DNA of 63,851 nt, the filler included, from Reticulomyxa filosa (lineage: Eukaryota > Protista > Foraminifera), in the NCBI GenBank assembly GCA_000512085.1. It is 21 parts of 21 records of this genome, joined end to end, with 100 filler letters (N's around TTAATTAATTAA, not from the genome) between each part and the next. Parts side by side here need not be neighbours in the genome. Positions count along the whole stretch, not along the records: positions 12,691 to 14,873 come from ASPP01005317.1; positions 14,974 to 16,897 come from ASPP01023781.1; positions 16,998 to 18,130 come from ASPP01027401.1; positions 18,231 to 20,170 come from ASPP01011748.1; positions 20,271 to 36,423 come from ASPP01007929.1; 16 more parts are not named here. One strand, given 5' to 3'. The position numbers and the translations under genes are program-made. Below are positions 12,763 to 26,355 of this stretch, piece by piece (positions within the stretch are counted from its first letter, which is position 1; every line of letters starts with the position of its first letter). The notes below the pieces were generated by a model that worked only from the letters and a program-made list of their open reading frames with translations, was not told the DNA's origin and ran no database searches.

Positions 12763-13921
12763 TATATATTTTTTAATTTTGTTATATTGTGTTTTGTCGA
12801 CACATATTCTTCATGAATAATGCATTTGCATGAATTTGGTGTAATTTAATGAGATATTAGTGTTATGAAACAATTGAATATGTACAAAACACTAATATAG
12901 TTTGTCCATAAATAACACTGTCACATTAACACAATTTATTACATAAGTAGAATTTGCTTGTACATGAAAACTATTACGTTGTAATTGCTAGACTGTATTA
13001 CGCACAATCACTACAGCCACAAGTCCGTTTAACATTAGTTTGTATGAACGCTTTGCTAAATAAAGGCATTACGACCACTTACAAATTCAACAAGTTGAAG
13101 CTTTGGTCACAATCAAAGGTCTATGTAGTGTTCACAAATTCTAAAATTACTTGCATCTTGGTCTAGCTCAACTAATGAAAGAATACTATAAGGTCTTCTT
13201 TTGCGCTTCATCATCCAAAAGAAAGATTTTCCCAGTTGACAAGTGTAACAAAAAACTGGTTCTATATCAAACAATTGTTGTCATTTTCTTTTTTTGTCCC
13301 TCTTTATAACTTGTTGCTGGTTTGCGCATGGCTTTTGTGGTTAAAATTGTTATTGTATGAATACCTGGCATATACAAATAAATCTTGGACCATTTGAAAG
13401 GTTTACCACTTTTTTTTGCAGGTAATACTTTTTTCTCCAAATGTCATTTGAATCCACAAGTAAATTGCAATTGTTTGTTTTTTGAAAGTTAATTTGAGTA
13501 ATTTAGAATTGTACTACTTCAAATGCTACAACTTCGACTCGACTGTTAATTTAATCCGCAGGACAAGAAAACGTAATCCATTTGAGTTTTGAGACTCTTT
13601 CAATATTGGCTATAACTTTAAAAAGAAAGTTGAGGATGTACTGCTAAAATAGATGTTTTTTTTTCCATATTTGTAACGATCAAGCGGCTGGTTTGAACAA
13701 AAATATATTTGATTAACTGTTTTTGATCGCTCATCAACATAAATGCTAGTTACAACATTTTATCCAAATGAGGTTAGAAAAACGCTTTTGCTTTCAAAAA
13801 AGAGCAAACTAAAAGAATCACATGTACATTTCAAGTAATATTTCAACCATATGTAGAAGAAGCAAACAAATCAGTTTGACAAGTTCAAAAAAAAAAAAAG
13901 AAAAAGAAAAAAGCAATTGGA

Positions 13922-14853
13922 TTAAGTTTCTTCCTCATCTTCATTAACGGTTTGGCTGGTTGGGGTTGATTGTGTGACGAAAAGTGGCTTAAAGTCATTG
14001 GTAATAAATTTAAAAATATCAGTAAGAGAAATGACTCCAACCGGGCGTTTGGCATCATCAACAACCCAAATTCGGTGATATTTTGTTTTCATCAACATGT
14101 CAACGACTGCTTTGAGAGTGCTATCTGCAGTGGCATAAGTGACAGAAAACCCACTACTTTTTTTTTCTTGAATTTGCTCACTGCGGATCTTCACCAAAAA
14201 ATCTTCAATGGTCATACCCAAAGCCGCGTGCGACTGAAGCCACAATTTGATGTCTGTCGATGACGTATTGTGAACAATTTCTTGGTTGGAATTTACTACA
14301 GCCAAGCCAGATAAGCCATGTTTTTCCATTAACTCAAATGCTTCATCTGTGTTCAAAAGAAAATGTTAAAAAAAAAAAAAAGTGTATGCATTCCTGAGTG
14401 TTTATATGCACACACACACACACGTGTATGTATACATATACATATATGTGTATATGTACATATGCATTGGCAATCCGAGAGGTAAATAGACGTGTATATA
14501 ATCATATACATATAAGTACAAATATAAATATAAATATAAATATAAACATATATGCATATATGATATAGACGTATACATGTATATGACTCAACGAGCACGA
14601 GTATGGGTAGGGATGGTAATAACAGGAGATTTGACATAGCCATACAATTGCAAGAAACGCAAACTAACGTTGAGTTTCAGCTGAGAATAAAAAATAGCAA
14701 TTTGTTGAAACGTCTCCCCTTGTGACAAAACCCCAATGAGTTTTTTAGTTTTGTTTTGTGTGATTCCAACCAAATGACTTCCACGAGACAATGCGCCCAA
14801 TAATGCGAACACATCGTCATTGTCTTGCAGTGTTCGAAAAGGCCTCATCCGAG
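13922..14853 (-). CDS. CBS-domain protein (AMPK-gamma/SDS23-like), 5' partial
   Basis: CBS motifs LIGVLSQGE, EAFELMEKHGLSGLAVV and YHRIWVVDDAKRPVGVISLTDI; intron 14347-14592 rich in (TA)/(CA) repeats. Confidence 0.85.
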
Positions 14854-15424
14854 CTTTATCATTTTTTTTTTTTNNNNNNNNNNNNNNNNNNNNNNNNNNN
14901 NNNNNNNNNNNNNNNNNTTAATTAATTAANNNNNNNNNNNNNNNNNNNNNNNNNNNNNNNNNNNNNNNNNNNNTTTTTTTTTCTCTTTTTTATTTCTGCA
15001 TGTATGTTCTATTTTTGGGTAAATAGCAAACTGCTCTTGGGCATGTTGTTCTGCCATATATATAATTTACAAATTTGCTTCAACTACACTTGGAATAATT
15101 GAACCTTTCAAAATTTTATATTTTTATATTAAAAATTTGGCTCCCGTGTGATATTGTCCGCTTTTTTTATGAATAGGTTTTTATTTTTGAATACAGATAT
15201 AAATTTAACTTGTATTGCCAATTTATTGTTTGACTGGATTGTTTTATTGCAATGAGTTATCATGTCGTTTTACTGTTCTTGTTCTGCGTTTCTGTTTCTT
15301 TGTTGAAGGGACACAAAGATTCAAAGCTTATTTTCAAACCAGAGAATGGTAAGTCTTTATATTTTAGAAAGATATCTGAATTTTAACAAGCAGTAAATCA
15401 ACAATAAAAAAACCAGTCTGAAAA

Positions 15425-16384
15425 AGAGATAAAAATTATCATTCAAAGCTGGATTCGAGTATTAAACCTAAAACTAGGATGGACTAATGATATAAGCAAA
15501 ATTGTTGCCAAATATGTTACGTTATTGTATTGCCTCGTTTTTAATTTCAATGCAATATTTGCTCCTATAACTGACATTGATAAGAGTTATAAAAGGACAT
15601 GAAAGAGAAGTATATAGCGTATGATAAAAAAGTTTTGTTTCGGCATCAAACGATTCAACAGTTCGAATATGACTACGATCTATGTAGCAGTATTTTCACC
15701 AGATGGACATACAGTTATGTCATGTTTGTGTGACAAAACAATTCGATTATGGGATGTGAAATCAGGAAAAGAATTGGCGAAACTGGAAGGACATTCCAAT
15801 ATAGTGGTTGATGCAAACTTTTCTCCAGATGGAAAAAATATTGTATCGTATTCATTTGATAGAACAATCCGACAATGGGGTGTGAATGTGAGAAAGGAGA
15901 TTAAAAAATGGATTGGTCATTCAAGTTATATTCGAACTGTAAAATTTTCACTGAATGATCAAATGATTTTGTCATCCTCCGATGATCAAACCATTGGTTT
16001 ATTGAGCGCGACAACAGGTAAAACATTGAGACAATTGACAGGACATTCAGGCATTGCTGTACCTTTTGATATTTTCTCCGGATAATCAATTAATTTTGTC
16101 TTATGCATTGGATAATACAATTCGAATATGGGATATGGAATCAGGAAAAAAAAATTGAAGAATATAACAATTTGAAAGATAGAAAATACTTTTCTGATAG
16201 CCAAACTATTATATCTTGTTCAGCCGATAAAGTAATTCAACTGTGGAATGTCAAAGTAGAATATGAAATACAAAAATTGGAAGGGCACTCCAATGTAGAT
16301 ATTTCGTCAGATGGTTGTACAATTGTATTATGTTCTTTGGGACAAAACAATTCGGATTTGGCGATGATCAAATCATGGCAATAA
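15425..16384 (+). pseudogene. WD40-repeat protein, degenerate
   Basis: Several GH..FSPDG..DKTIRLWD repeats with frameshifts and stops after about 16085; an upstream EIKIIIQSWIRVLNLKLGW motif precedes them. Confidence 0.8.
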
Positions 16385-18315
16385 TTAGAAAGCAGTTTCA
16401 CAAAACAATAAATACATAATTGATACAAGTGCAAAAAAAACAAACAAAAAACAACAACAAAATATCACAAAATGATGCATCTTCCAATATTAACATTCAG
16501 ATTAAAATATTAACGAAATTTGCCCAGATATTGGATTCGATAATGTTACATTTACATCAGACAAAATATTTTTTCTTTGTGCTGAAGAAATGATTCAATA
16601 TATGTGAAAGATAATATTTTTGATGTCCTATTTTCATTTTTTCTTTCTCGTGAAAATAGCAACTTTTTATCAGTCTTTGTAAATAGAAAAAAGAGATTTA
16701 ATTTCCACTCGCTTGTGCAATTTTGTCCCCAGATTTGGATTGTTTTGTTGTCAAACTTTTGTCTAAGCTGTAAAAAATGATTTTAAAGTTTAAAATCTTT
16801 TTTAGTTAACATTTGCAGACCACAAGTACAAACTTTGCAAAACAAAACGTTCAAAGGGTTATTTCCTTTTTGCTTTTTACATAAAAGAAATAATTGANNN
16901 NNNNNNNNNNNNNNNNNNNNNNNNNNNNNNNNNNNNNNNNNTTAATTAATTAANNNNNNNNNNNNNNNNNNNNNNNNNNNNNNNNNNNNNNNNNNNNTTT
17001 TTAAAAAAATGAAATTTCAAAATTATGAATCGAACTTTGTGGGAAGAATCATTAGCAAAGAATCCATCACTCGGCGGCAATATTGCAAACTAAAACAAAT
17101 AATATCACGAGGGCTTCTCTGCGTTTCACACTCTTCCAACTAACTCAGTACAAATGACGCCACTATTACTTCCAATAAGGTCAACAGGTATGAACATCAT
17201 TACTTTCATTTAGTTATTGATAAAAAGGGGTTGACAAGCCGCTTTTCATTTTAGTCCATTCATAGAAAATTCAACACCCCTTTTTTGTTTACTAAGTTTC
17301 CTTATTTAAAAAAAAAAGTAAAATTATCAAAATAATTTTCAAAAGAAAAATCGTAAATTGATAAACAGAATAACAAGTAATATTGAATTATTTAACTATA
17401 TCGTTAATTCACGACGCCAGTTCCGTTGCAATAAAAGCACATATTGTTTTCCAGACCTAGAACTCTTGACCCCTTCATGACGAGCATGATGCTTGACTAC
17501 AGCAATCTCTTTGATATGTGATTAGTCAACTTCATGAACAGTTTGTCTGGCTGACGTCTATGCCATCATCATCAAAATTTCAAGTTTGTGGCTGTCAGTC
17601 TCGTCGTCCGAGTTTCACGCACTCGATCTCACTTCGTCTGTGGAAACTGCACATAATGTGGCATTTATCATTTCAAACGTAGTGTATTATTAATCGCAGA
17701 TATATATTTGACATAAGAACATGATCGGACAAATGTGATATGTGTAGTTATTTAGTAATTAGTAACTGGAGGATCTTCAGCACATTTGGTAAAAATAAAA
17801 AAAGTACTTTATTTGTTGTATCGATCCAAATATCACATTCTTTTTTCCGGACATGTTACTTATTCAATAGTATACGTCCGTGATGAATAATATGCTGCGC
17901 ATTGGAAATTATAAATATCACATAATGTGACATTTCATAATCAAGAAGCTTGAGATTTGTGCAATGTGACTCTAGGCAACGCAATTCACTAGTTACAATT
18001 TGACAGTCTGATGAAATGGTGGAGACTTTGAGCCAGATGGAAATTGTTTATATCTCAACATTTTTCTCCTCAATTTTTTTATTTTACATTATTTCCTTTT
18101 TTCCTTCAAAACTGTTGTTGTTGTTAACACNNNNNNNNNNNNNNNNNNNNNNNNNNNNNNNNNNNNNNNNNNNNTTAATTAATTAANNNNNNNNNNNNNN
18201 NNNNNNNNNNNNNNNNNNNNNNNNNNNNNNCATGAAAAAGAAAGGGAGGAGAAATGGGGATCGGTTCTTTTTTTTTTTATTCCAATAACAACAACAAAAA
18301 AAATAAGGTTGTAAC

Positions 18316-18807
18316 CTCTACCTTGGGACTGCTTTTGTTTGCCTTTGTTGGAAGAAGAAGCTTGGGCTGGATCTGGTGGAGGGGGCGTGGTTGGGTTTTC
18401 TAGTTTTCGATTTAATGCGTCCCATGCCTTCTGCAACATGGACCAGTTGCTTGTTTCAAATTGTAATCGGCTTCCATCAAACGACTGCGAAAAGCCGGCG
18501 TCAAATAAATAATAAAGCGCCGAGGGACATGCCTTGAACTTTGCTCGAATCTTACTGAAATTCATACTTCGGTACTTTGGTTCGTCGGGATTGTTGATCA
18601 CATTACCCAAAATTTGGACCAATAATTCCACACAAGGTGTACGTTCTTCCTCCCTAACATATCCAACCACCCCCCACAGCAAACAACCACCTTACTTCTT
18701 AAATAAAATCAGCCTATGCGTAGAAATTTCCTTTGTTTATTGTTTTCTTTCTCCTTCACTCACGGTACTGCCCATATTTCTTTCAAATGCAACGGAATTT
18801 GTGTCAT
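18316..18807 (-). CDS. PUB (PUG)-domain protein, p97/CDC48 cofactor-like, 3' partial
   Basis: Exons 18807-18764 and 18653-18316 (intron 18654-18763) give MTQIPLHLKEIWAVPEEERTPCVELLVQILGNVINNPDEPKYRSMN...LFDAGF, matching the PUB consensus NP.E.KYR. Confidence 0.85.
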
Positions 18808-19528
18808 TTTTCAATGTTTCTGCTTTTTATTGCTGAACTTTCTAATGTTTTTCCCTTATTCTAAAAAACTTTAACTCACACAAAGGCCCTTATTCCTTTT
18901 AAGCTTACTCGACTTACTATTGAAATCTCTTCATAATCATTGCTTAATATCAACACAATTAATGCTGTCCATTTATTAACTTCACATTTTTTTGTAATTG
19001 TGAACAAAGGGGAATTTTCTGTTTAGTTATGCGTGTTCAAGTAGAAGACCACTCTGTTTTATGGATTACAACACTCAAATAAGAAGTACACATCACCAAA
19101 AGGGGCGCTAGTTCAATATTTGTGACGAGAGTGAGTACATACATGTATTGAATATTGACTCAAGCAAAAGATAAAGGTATACTCCTAAAATAACGAATGA
19201 ACAACCAAATTAAAAAAAAGGGTGTAAGCCCCTTATCTTCGATAAATTTAACAAACGAAGCCAGGAAAAGTTCAATAAGAAACAAACAAAAAGGGTGAAA
19301 AAACAAAAAAAAGGAAAAACATAATAATTGTGCACTAAATATTTTGCACCGAAAAAAGAAAGTAGACGCAACAACAAAAAAAATAACAATAGCAAATTTT
19401 AAAAAAAGAAAGGAAAAAAGCAAACCAAAATAAACAAGAAAAACATCACTGTGTACATTTTTCCATTTGAAACACACAAGATCTCCATAGCTTATGTTCA
19501 TTGTCATATAAAAAAATGCTCTATCACG

Positions 19529-20148
19529 TTAAACACTGATATGTAAATTTTCAAGTGTTGATTTGAAGAGAAGCCATGAATTATCTTGAATAGTAGTGAT
19601 CATCCATTCATAAAGTGGGTCAAAGATGTCCGCGGGTATTTCTTTCGCCTTGTTTTCAATTTTTTTCCATTTTATCATTATCTGTCATTTTTTTTTTTAA
19701 GATACATTAAAAATATTTTGTTTCATGTTCCCCCTCCCCCCCTTTTTTTTTTTTTTGATAAAAAAAAAAAGATTAAAACTTTGTTTTTGATATCTTGTGA
19801 AATCATTAGCTCACGCTTTGCATCTGGTGTCAAAAACTCCATTACCAGCCTGGACCCGATTTGCTTTCTTTCAGACTCAGTGACGGCCCCTCGAAAGTCT
19901 TTAAACCGTTCGTAAAAAGAGATCAAATCGCCACTGAATGATTGGACCAAAAAACGGAACAAATACTCTCTTCCCAACGAATCTTCCAAACAATCTGGCA
20001 ACGACCGCAAAAATGTTGCATTGAGCAGAGAGGCGTATCGATTTTGGAACAACACATCATATTCTTGGCCCGTCATCACACGAGCTGCACAAATGTAAAT
20101 CCTTTCCAAGCAATATTTCACGCGAACAGTATACGTGTGTTTGAAATG
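19529..20148 (-). CDS. RGS-domain protein, 5' partial
   Basis: CLEDSLGREYLFRFLVQSFSGDLISFY..VMEFLTPDAKRELMIS, then after an intron (about 19682-19779) IPADIFDPLYEWMITTIQDNSWLLFK, the RGS fold pattern. The intron phase is off by one base. Confidence 0.8.
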
Positions 20149-20270
20149 CTTTTTTTTTTTTTTTTTTTTTNNNNNNNNNNNNNNNNNNNNNNNNNNNNNN
20201 NNNNNNNNNNNNNNTTAATTAATTAANNNNNNNNNNNNNNNNNNNNNNNNNNNNNNNNNNNNNNNNNNNN

Positions 20271-20310
20271 TATAAACATATATAAACATATATAAACATA
20301 TATAAACATA
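20271..20310. repeat. 10-bp tandem repeat (tataaacata)x4
   Basis: Seen directly at the contig start, probably intronic. Confidence 0.8.
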
Positions 20311-20319
20311 TATATATAA

Positions 20320-21293
20320 CTTGTGAAGGATCGATGAAAAAGGAACAAGATCTTGAAGATGACCAGAAAAGACTGTGACTGAAGGAAATAGGAACGAAGT
20401 GTGCGAGAGTGTGGACGAGCATAATGAGGATGGTATTTAAGAGCGCACAGTCTTCGATGGGCAATGGTGCAGACAATGTGCAACAACACACAAAGACTGC
20501 AATTTATAAAGGCCAAATGGACGGCACGTGTGCAACCCAACGTATACAAACGCAGCGAGATTTTGGACTTTTCATCTGTCTTTTCAGACGCGCTCGTGTG
20601 ACCGGCAATGCTGCTTTTTTTCTTTTCCAAGGGGCGTTTAGATATGTGTCCGCTCCCCATTTTGAGCTGCATTTCAAATAATTCGATCTCTTTGTAATTG
20701 TCGTTTATTATTGCATTTGCACTGTTCATCGCCCATTTGCTCGCCACATTTGTTTCATTCAGAATATTGTGCACGTCATTTTTGATGTTTATTTTCACAG
20801 CTCTTATTTCACTGAATCTTTTTTTTTTTTTTTTTTTTTTTTTTCGTTTTTGAAAGTCGCCCCCCCCTTTTTTTTTTTTTTATAAATATGTTTGAGTAAT
20901 TACCAAACTGCTGTTGCGGTCGAGTCTTGGCGAAGTCGTACAGCCTCATTATAAATGCTTTTAACTCCTTTACATAACTCCATTGCTCTTTGATTACGTG
21001 CCTGTTCGTTTTGTTGGGAAAGAAAAAGAGTGCAAGTCATTTTTGCCATTTGTGGTAATCTCCTCATTATTGCCCTTGGTCATTTTCTGAGGGCATACTT
21101 TCAGTGTTACCATTTCGCTTTGAGCAGTCGATAACTTGTCATCAACAAAAATAGTTGTCCAATTGGATTTGATACAAGCGCACGCGCATGTCTTTTGCAC
21201 TCTTGGAGAAAATTGAACAAAACCAACACACTGGACGGCATTGGAAGCGGTGCTTTTTTTTGTCACCTCTACAAACAAACTGCTGAACTTCAT
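20320..21293 (-). CDS. Hypothetical protein, multi-exon, boundaries uncertain
   Basis: Higher-GC open frames (20320-20800 and 20994-21293) flank a poly(T)/poly(C) intron-like tract; no recognisable domain. Confidence 0.35.
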
Positions 21294-21620
21294 TTACTGT
21301 AATCTTTTCATATTTAATATCAAAAATATCAGCTCCAACTGTGGCTGTTTCAAAATTAATAGCACGGACATTACTTGTTTGGTTTCTTCACGAAAAGTTT
21401 TTATAGTAAGAGTTTTTGTCTTTTATTAATTTTATTGAAAACATTTAAATGTTTATTTTCAGCATAATTGGAGAAGCTAACTCCAAAAGAATTACTTCTC
21501 TTTGAAAGGGAAAAAGTATTTGTTCCCAATCTGACAAAGCTTGAAAAAGAAACAAAAAAAACTGTCTTAGTTTACCTTACAGTGTTCTCTCCAAATAAAA
21601 CAAAGGAGATAATAAAAACA

Positions 21621-23139
21621 ATGACAAACTCTTATTCTGACAACATAGTAAACATAATATTCAACAGTCAAGCCGTGGTGGTAGTAATCTTGCTCATTTC
21701 TTTTGATTTTGTGTGGCGCTACAAAAAAGACGAGCAAAGTAAGTCACAGTCTAAGCTGCACCGAACCTTGTTGTCAGTGGACCATTTTTATTACTTGTTT
21801 GTATTTTTGACATCAATGGCCTTGCTGTTGTGCAACATATGTATTGACTTTGACGAGAACGAGCTCTATTGGAGTATATGTATTGGGATATTATGGTTAT
21901 TATTCTTAGTAGCGGATTGGGTGATCACTGAATTGGCAACAGCCAATTTGACGCCGTGGACCCCAAATAGCATTGCAGCAAAAGTATTGATAATCGTTGG
22001 TGGTGTAACGCTCGGAGTAAATGAAATATTGTGTATACTGCATTATTTGGACAAGACAAATGTGAAGGTAATAAACACTGCAAACAACGAAATCACACCC
22101 AATCAAAAGCCAAGCGACGGTGGCAGCAACTCATCAAAAGCTTTGAGCGAATCAAAGAAGCGTGGGTATGCATATGATACATACATATATGCAAATGTTG
22201 GAGCATTCTTAGCTGTTGATTTATACTTGGAGTATTTGTTTGCCAGAGATATCAAATTTATTGCTTTTCATGCGTCCACTATATGTGCAGGTAAGTAATG
22301 GGCTTTTAAAAAAAAAAGGGAGATTTATTTAAAAAAAAAAAAAAAGGTCCCATTCGTCTCCCCCTTTTTTTTTTTCCTCTTTTGTTTCTATCGTTTTGTC
22401 TTTCTATCCGTATCCGTATCGATTTGGTGTACATGACCATTAAATAGGGATTCCTGGCTTTTTAAGACATTTTGATAACATGTGCTTGCGGGCCTTATGG
22501 GTGGTAGTAAAATGGGCGAGCATGTTGTCCGCATTAATCAGTGTGGCGACAAGTAGTTCGAGGGAATACGAAAAGGGGCCTTTTTGGAATATATGCTTCC
22601 CTATCGGAATTGAGTTTTGGTGTTTTTGTTTATATTGTCGTATGCGTAGGAACCGTCCCCCTATGCCTTGTAAGTCTCATTTACGTTGGTTATGGAGGAA
22701 AGTGGTAATGTTTTTTTTTCAAATGGCACTCGAGCAATTCAAAGCCTCGGACCCTCTTCACCCTGTTCCTTATTCCACTTGGGAAGAGGTGGATGCTCGT
22801 GAACAACGCATGAAACTCAATCAAATACGTAAATCACAATCTGCACAAAGGTTGGGACGTACGCTCCTTACTTCTGCTTCCACTATCCAATTGAATGAAG
22901 CGAATACCGAACAGATCTCGAATCGGCTTTCGTCCAAACTTATCCTTCAGGCGAGTACAAGTGAATCGAATGTCATCTCATCTGATCCCTTTGCAATTGA
23001 CGCCAAACCTAACGAGCCATTGCCTTCCCTTCAAGACACATATTCTGTCCCAAGCAAAACACCAGACAGGTATGAAAAGAGTGGTGACAATGATACCCAC
23101 GAAATTGACAATCCGAACATATCGACAAATAATGATTAA
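21621..23139 (+). CDS. Multipass (about 7 TM) membrane protein with Ser/Pro-rich cytoplasmic tail, GPCR-like
   Basis: Intron 22291-22447 (GTAAGT..TAG) joins the two ORFs in frame; about seven hydrophobic segments followed by a polar C-tail. Confidence 0.7.
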
Positions 23140-23892
23140 TATTCTTCTCGTTCATCCTTTGGTTAAGATATTCAGTTGTCCATTTCCTTTGTTTTTGGGT
23201 TGAGGGATTCATCTGTGATCTCTTTGATCAATACAGGAGGACTCAGTGCTCCTATTATTGTATTGTGTGTGTATTAATAACAAGTAATCGTCTTTCCGTT
23301 TTTGTGACTGTCTTGAACGAATTCATTCGGACCACTATTGTCTAATGGTCATTACAGCTTTTTTTTTTCGATGTCAAAATATACGTATTAGTTAATATCC
23401 AATTTGAGTATATTTCGATTATCACAAAAGTATTTGATATGTATCCATTAAGATCTTTTTTTTTAATGTTATTTCTTGGAGCGAAGAAAAGCAAAAAAGA
23501 GAATTGTCAGGTTCATGAAGACCGAAGTGGATTAAAAAAGAAAACGAACATAAAAGAATTAACAAAAAAATTCCACAAGTGTAAAAAGCCATACCAAGGT
23601 TCTTTCTTGATAGATCATTTCTCAAAAATGCAGTGAATGATTCTTACAGCAAAAAAAGATTAATGCAATATTCGATCCTCACTAATTTCAAAATTAGATG
23701 TTTTTAAACAAAAGCAAAACAAAACAAGACAAAGCAAAGCAAAGCAAGCAAGACAACAAACAAAATAAAACACAAACAATAACCACCATCGACAATACAA
23801 ATATGCAATTTAAAAAAATTGTCAAAAAACAAAAAAAAAATAAAAAAGGATAAAGCCTTTCCGTGTGTTCTTTGTTGGTCCATCTGCGAATC

Positions 23893-24940
23893 TTACTTAC
23901 TCTGTTTTTCTTTGTCATTCGAAGCGACGTCGCTGACTAAAGACGGAAAAAATTTGGAAACGATCTGTTCACAATCAAGATATGTCAGACCTGTTTCTTT
24001 TTGGAAAGGGTATACATTGCATGTTCCAATTGATTTGAGATGTTGTAGAGTCTCCAGCTCGCAACTGACGTATAACACGTTATCGTGTTCGCAATGCAAA
24101 GTATCTTTATATTGTTTGATGAGTTCCAAAATGATGAGATTGGTGTTATTTTGGCAAGAGAGGACAAGTTTAGAGTCACGTCCTAGAATGTTCCTAAAAA
24201 ATTGGTGTAAGTTGAGCTTGTGCAGTAATGCCGACACAACATTTTCACACACTTTTGGACACAACAAATAGACGAGACATTGCTGATCGATTTTGGCAAA
24301 CAATTGTTGGACGAGACAGTCCATGCGTTCCTCGGTGCCAGTCAGCAATTGTTTCAGCTGCGTGCTTGTGCGATGTTCGACCCATCTTACGTTAAGTGCA
24401 TCCCAAAAGTTTTGTACATAAGGAGAGTGGTGGCGAAGCGTGTCATTCACATCGTCAATGACGTCGTCGTTCTCGAAACAAAACGACTCGATATCAATGA
24501 GGAATAATTTGATCGCCTTTTCATGGACTGATTGTGACAACGAGCGAAACCACGGTATAGCTGGCTCATCGGTTTCTGACTTTGGCGTCATCAGAGCATT
24601 GGGGTCGGTGGGCATACTAATGCGTGCGTGATCATCCGGCTTTTGTCCGTGTACTTGGTGCAACGGATTGGCCATATGACCGTCTTGAGCAGTAGTCAAA
24701 TCTCCAACAGCCAGGGGCTGTTTCTTATCCGAGCGATATTGCTGTATCACTGATCGCATACGCTTTTGGTGTAAGCTGACGTCATTTTTGATCTGTCCGA
24801 AATTGTCTTGAATCACATTTTTGGAATTTTTGCCTTTGTTTTGATTTAGCAGAACCATATTCGACTTGTTTGGATGGTCCAAGTCCGTGCTTATATTTGT
24901 CAACGCTATTTTTTTTTGTTTGCTGTTGTTATTGTTATCA

Positions 24941-24972
<32 letters not shown>

Positions 24973-26355
24973 GTCATCATCATCATTATCATCCTCGTCA
25001 TCGTCAATATCTCGTGGACGCTTCTTGGTGGCCTCGTTCTCTACATCCAGACCACATTGCTGAAAACAACACACAAAACAACAACAACAAAAATTGCACA
25101 CGCTCATCGACGATAGAGTTCTGCAACAATTCGATGGCTTATACGTCCATGCCAAAAATACGCTTAGGTAAAATATACTGAATAAAAAATGCCCAACAAA
25201 CGAAGAGGTCGTTGGATAAGGCATCGACGAAATCGATTGATCACGTGCGTTGGAAGTCCAGTTTAAATAGTCTTGGTATACGACCACTATAATGATCACG
25301 AGTAACGAATACATGATCAATTCCAATTTCCGCATGGCATTTTGCAGTTTTTTGTAAGGATAGCTCCTCGTTATTGTTTTCAATATTGTTATTGTTATTG
25401 CTATTCATATTACTTTTTGTATTCGCATTGCTTTCTGCATTTGCATTGCCTTGTTTATCCGTGTTCGTGCTGACATTATCGGTATCTGTGGCTGTTGAGG
25501 TATTGGTCAACCTGTTACCTGCACTTGCTGGCATTGCCATATATGGATCTTTTTTTTGCACCATCTTTACACTTTTTTTTTCGGCATCGCTTAGATTAAT
25601 TACTTTGTTTTTTTTTTTGTTTTTTTTTTGTTATTGTTTGTTGGTTTAGTAGGTCATGTTTAGGTATCTTTATCTACGTATACGTGTATATATACATATT
25701 TGTATATACATACATACATAAATATGTATATATACACGTGTACGTATATGTACACACCTAAATTGGATTGATCACGTGTAAGTTTGATTGCGTTCCTGTA
25801 TTCGTACACTTGCGCAATGCTTTCTTTGACGTGGTTATGTAGTGGCTTGATGGCGATAACGCATATAACACAGTACGCTACTACAGCACAGTCCAACCAT
25901 ATATTGTATACGAATATTGCAAATGTACTTCCTTCATAAAAACCAATGACCCAACACAATAGGACTAGACAAGAATTTGCCATTAATATTAACGTCAATA
26001 AACATATCCCCCAATCTGGTGATTGTGGATTTCTTGGATTTATGGTTTGAAACAACGCACTGATCGATGATTGCACAAATAAATACACTATCAAATTGTT
26101 AAATAATAACGTAAAGCCTCGAAAGATCAATGTTAATACTGCCCATAATTTGTTTTCTGGAAAGTGATAAGAGACAATGCTGAAAATTGCTATGCATAAC
26201 TCAAAGCCGGCTACGATGTTGGTCAACAGCCGGTAGTTCACTCGAGGATAATCATAGACAGAAGAGATGCACAACTGCTGAGTTGAAAATAAATAGTAGC
26301 AAATCCAGATTGCTAATAAAGGAAATTGGAGTGCAATTGGAGGAAAACCTGACAT
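23893..26355 (-). CDS. 7TM receptor-like protein fused to a C-terminal degenerate HAD-like domain
   Basis: Exon 26355-25758 has 5 TM segments; intron 25603-25757; an Asn-rich loop; one extra base in T6 at 25348-25353; then 2 more TM segments, a Cys cluster, poly-Asn and a domain with IKLFLIDIE...NVLYVS. Confidence 0.7.

Noticed and set aside
16998-18130. Moderate-GC contig as a possible RNA gene or CDS
   Set aside because: No ORF of 60 aa or more and no recognisable tRNA, rRNA or snRNA motif.
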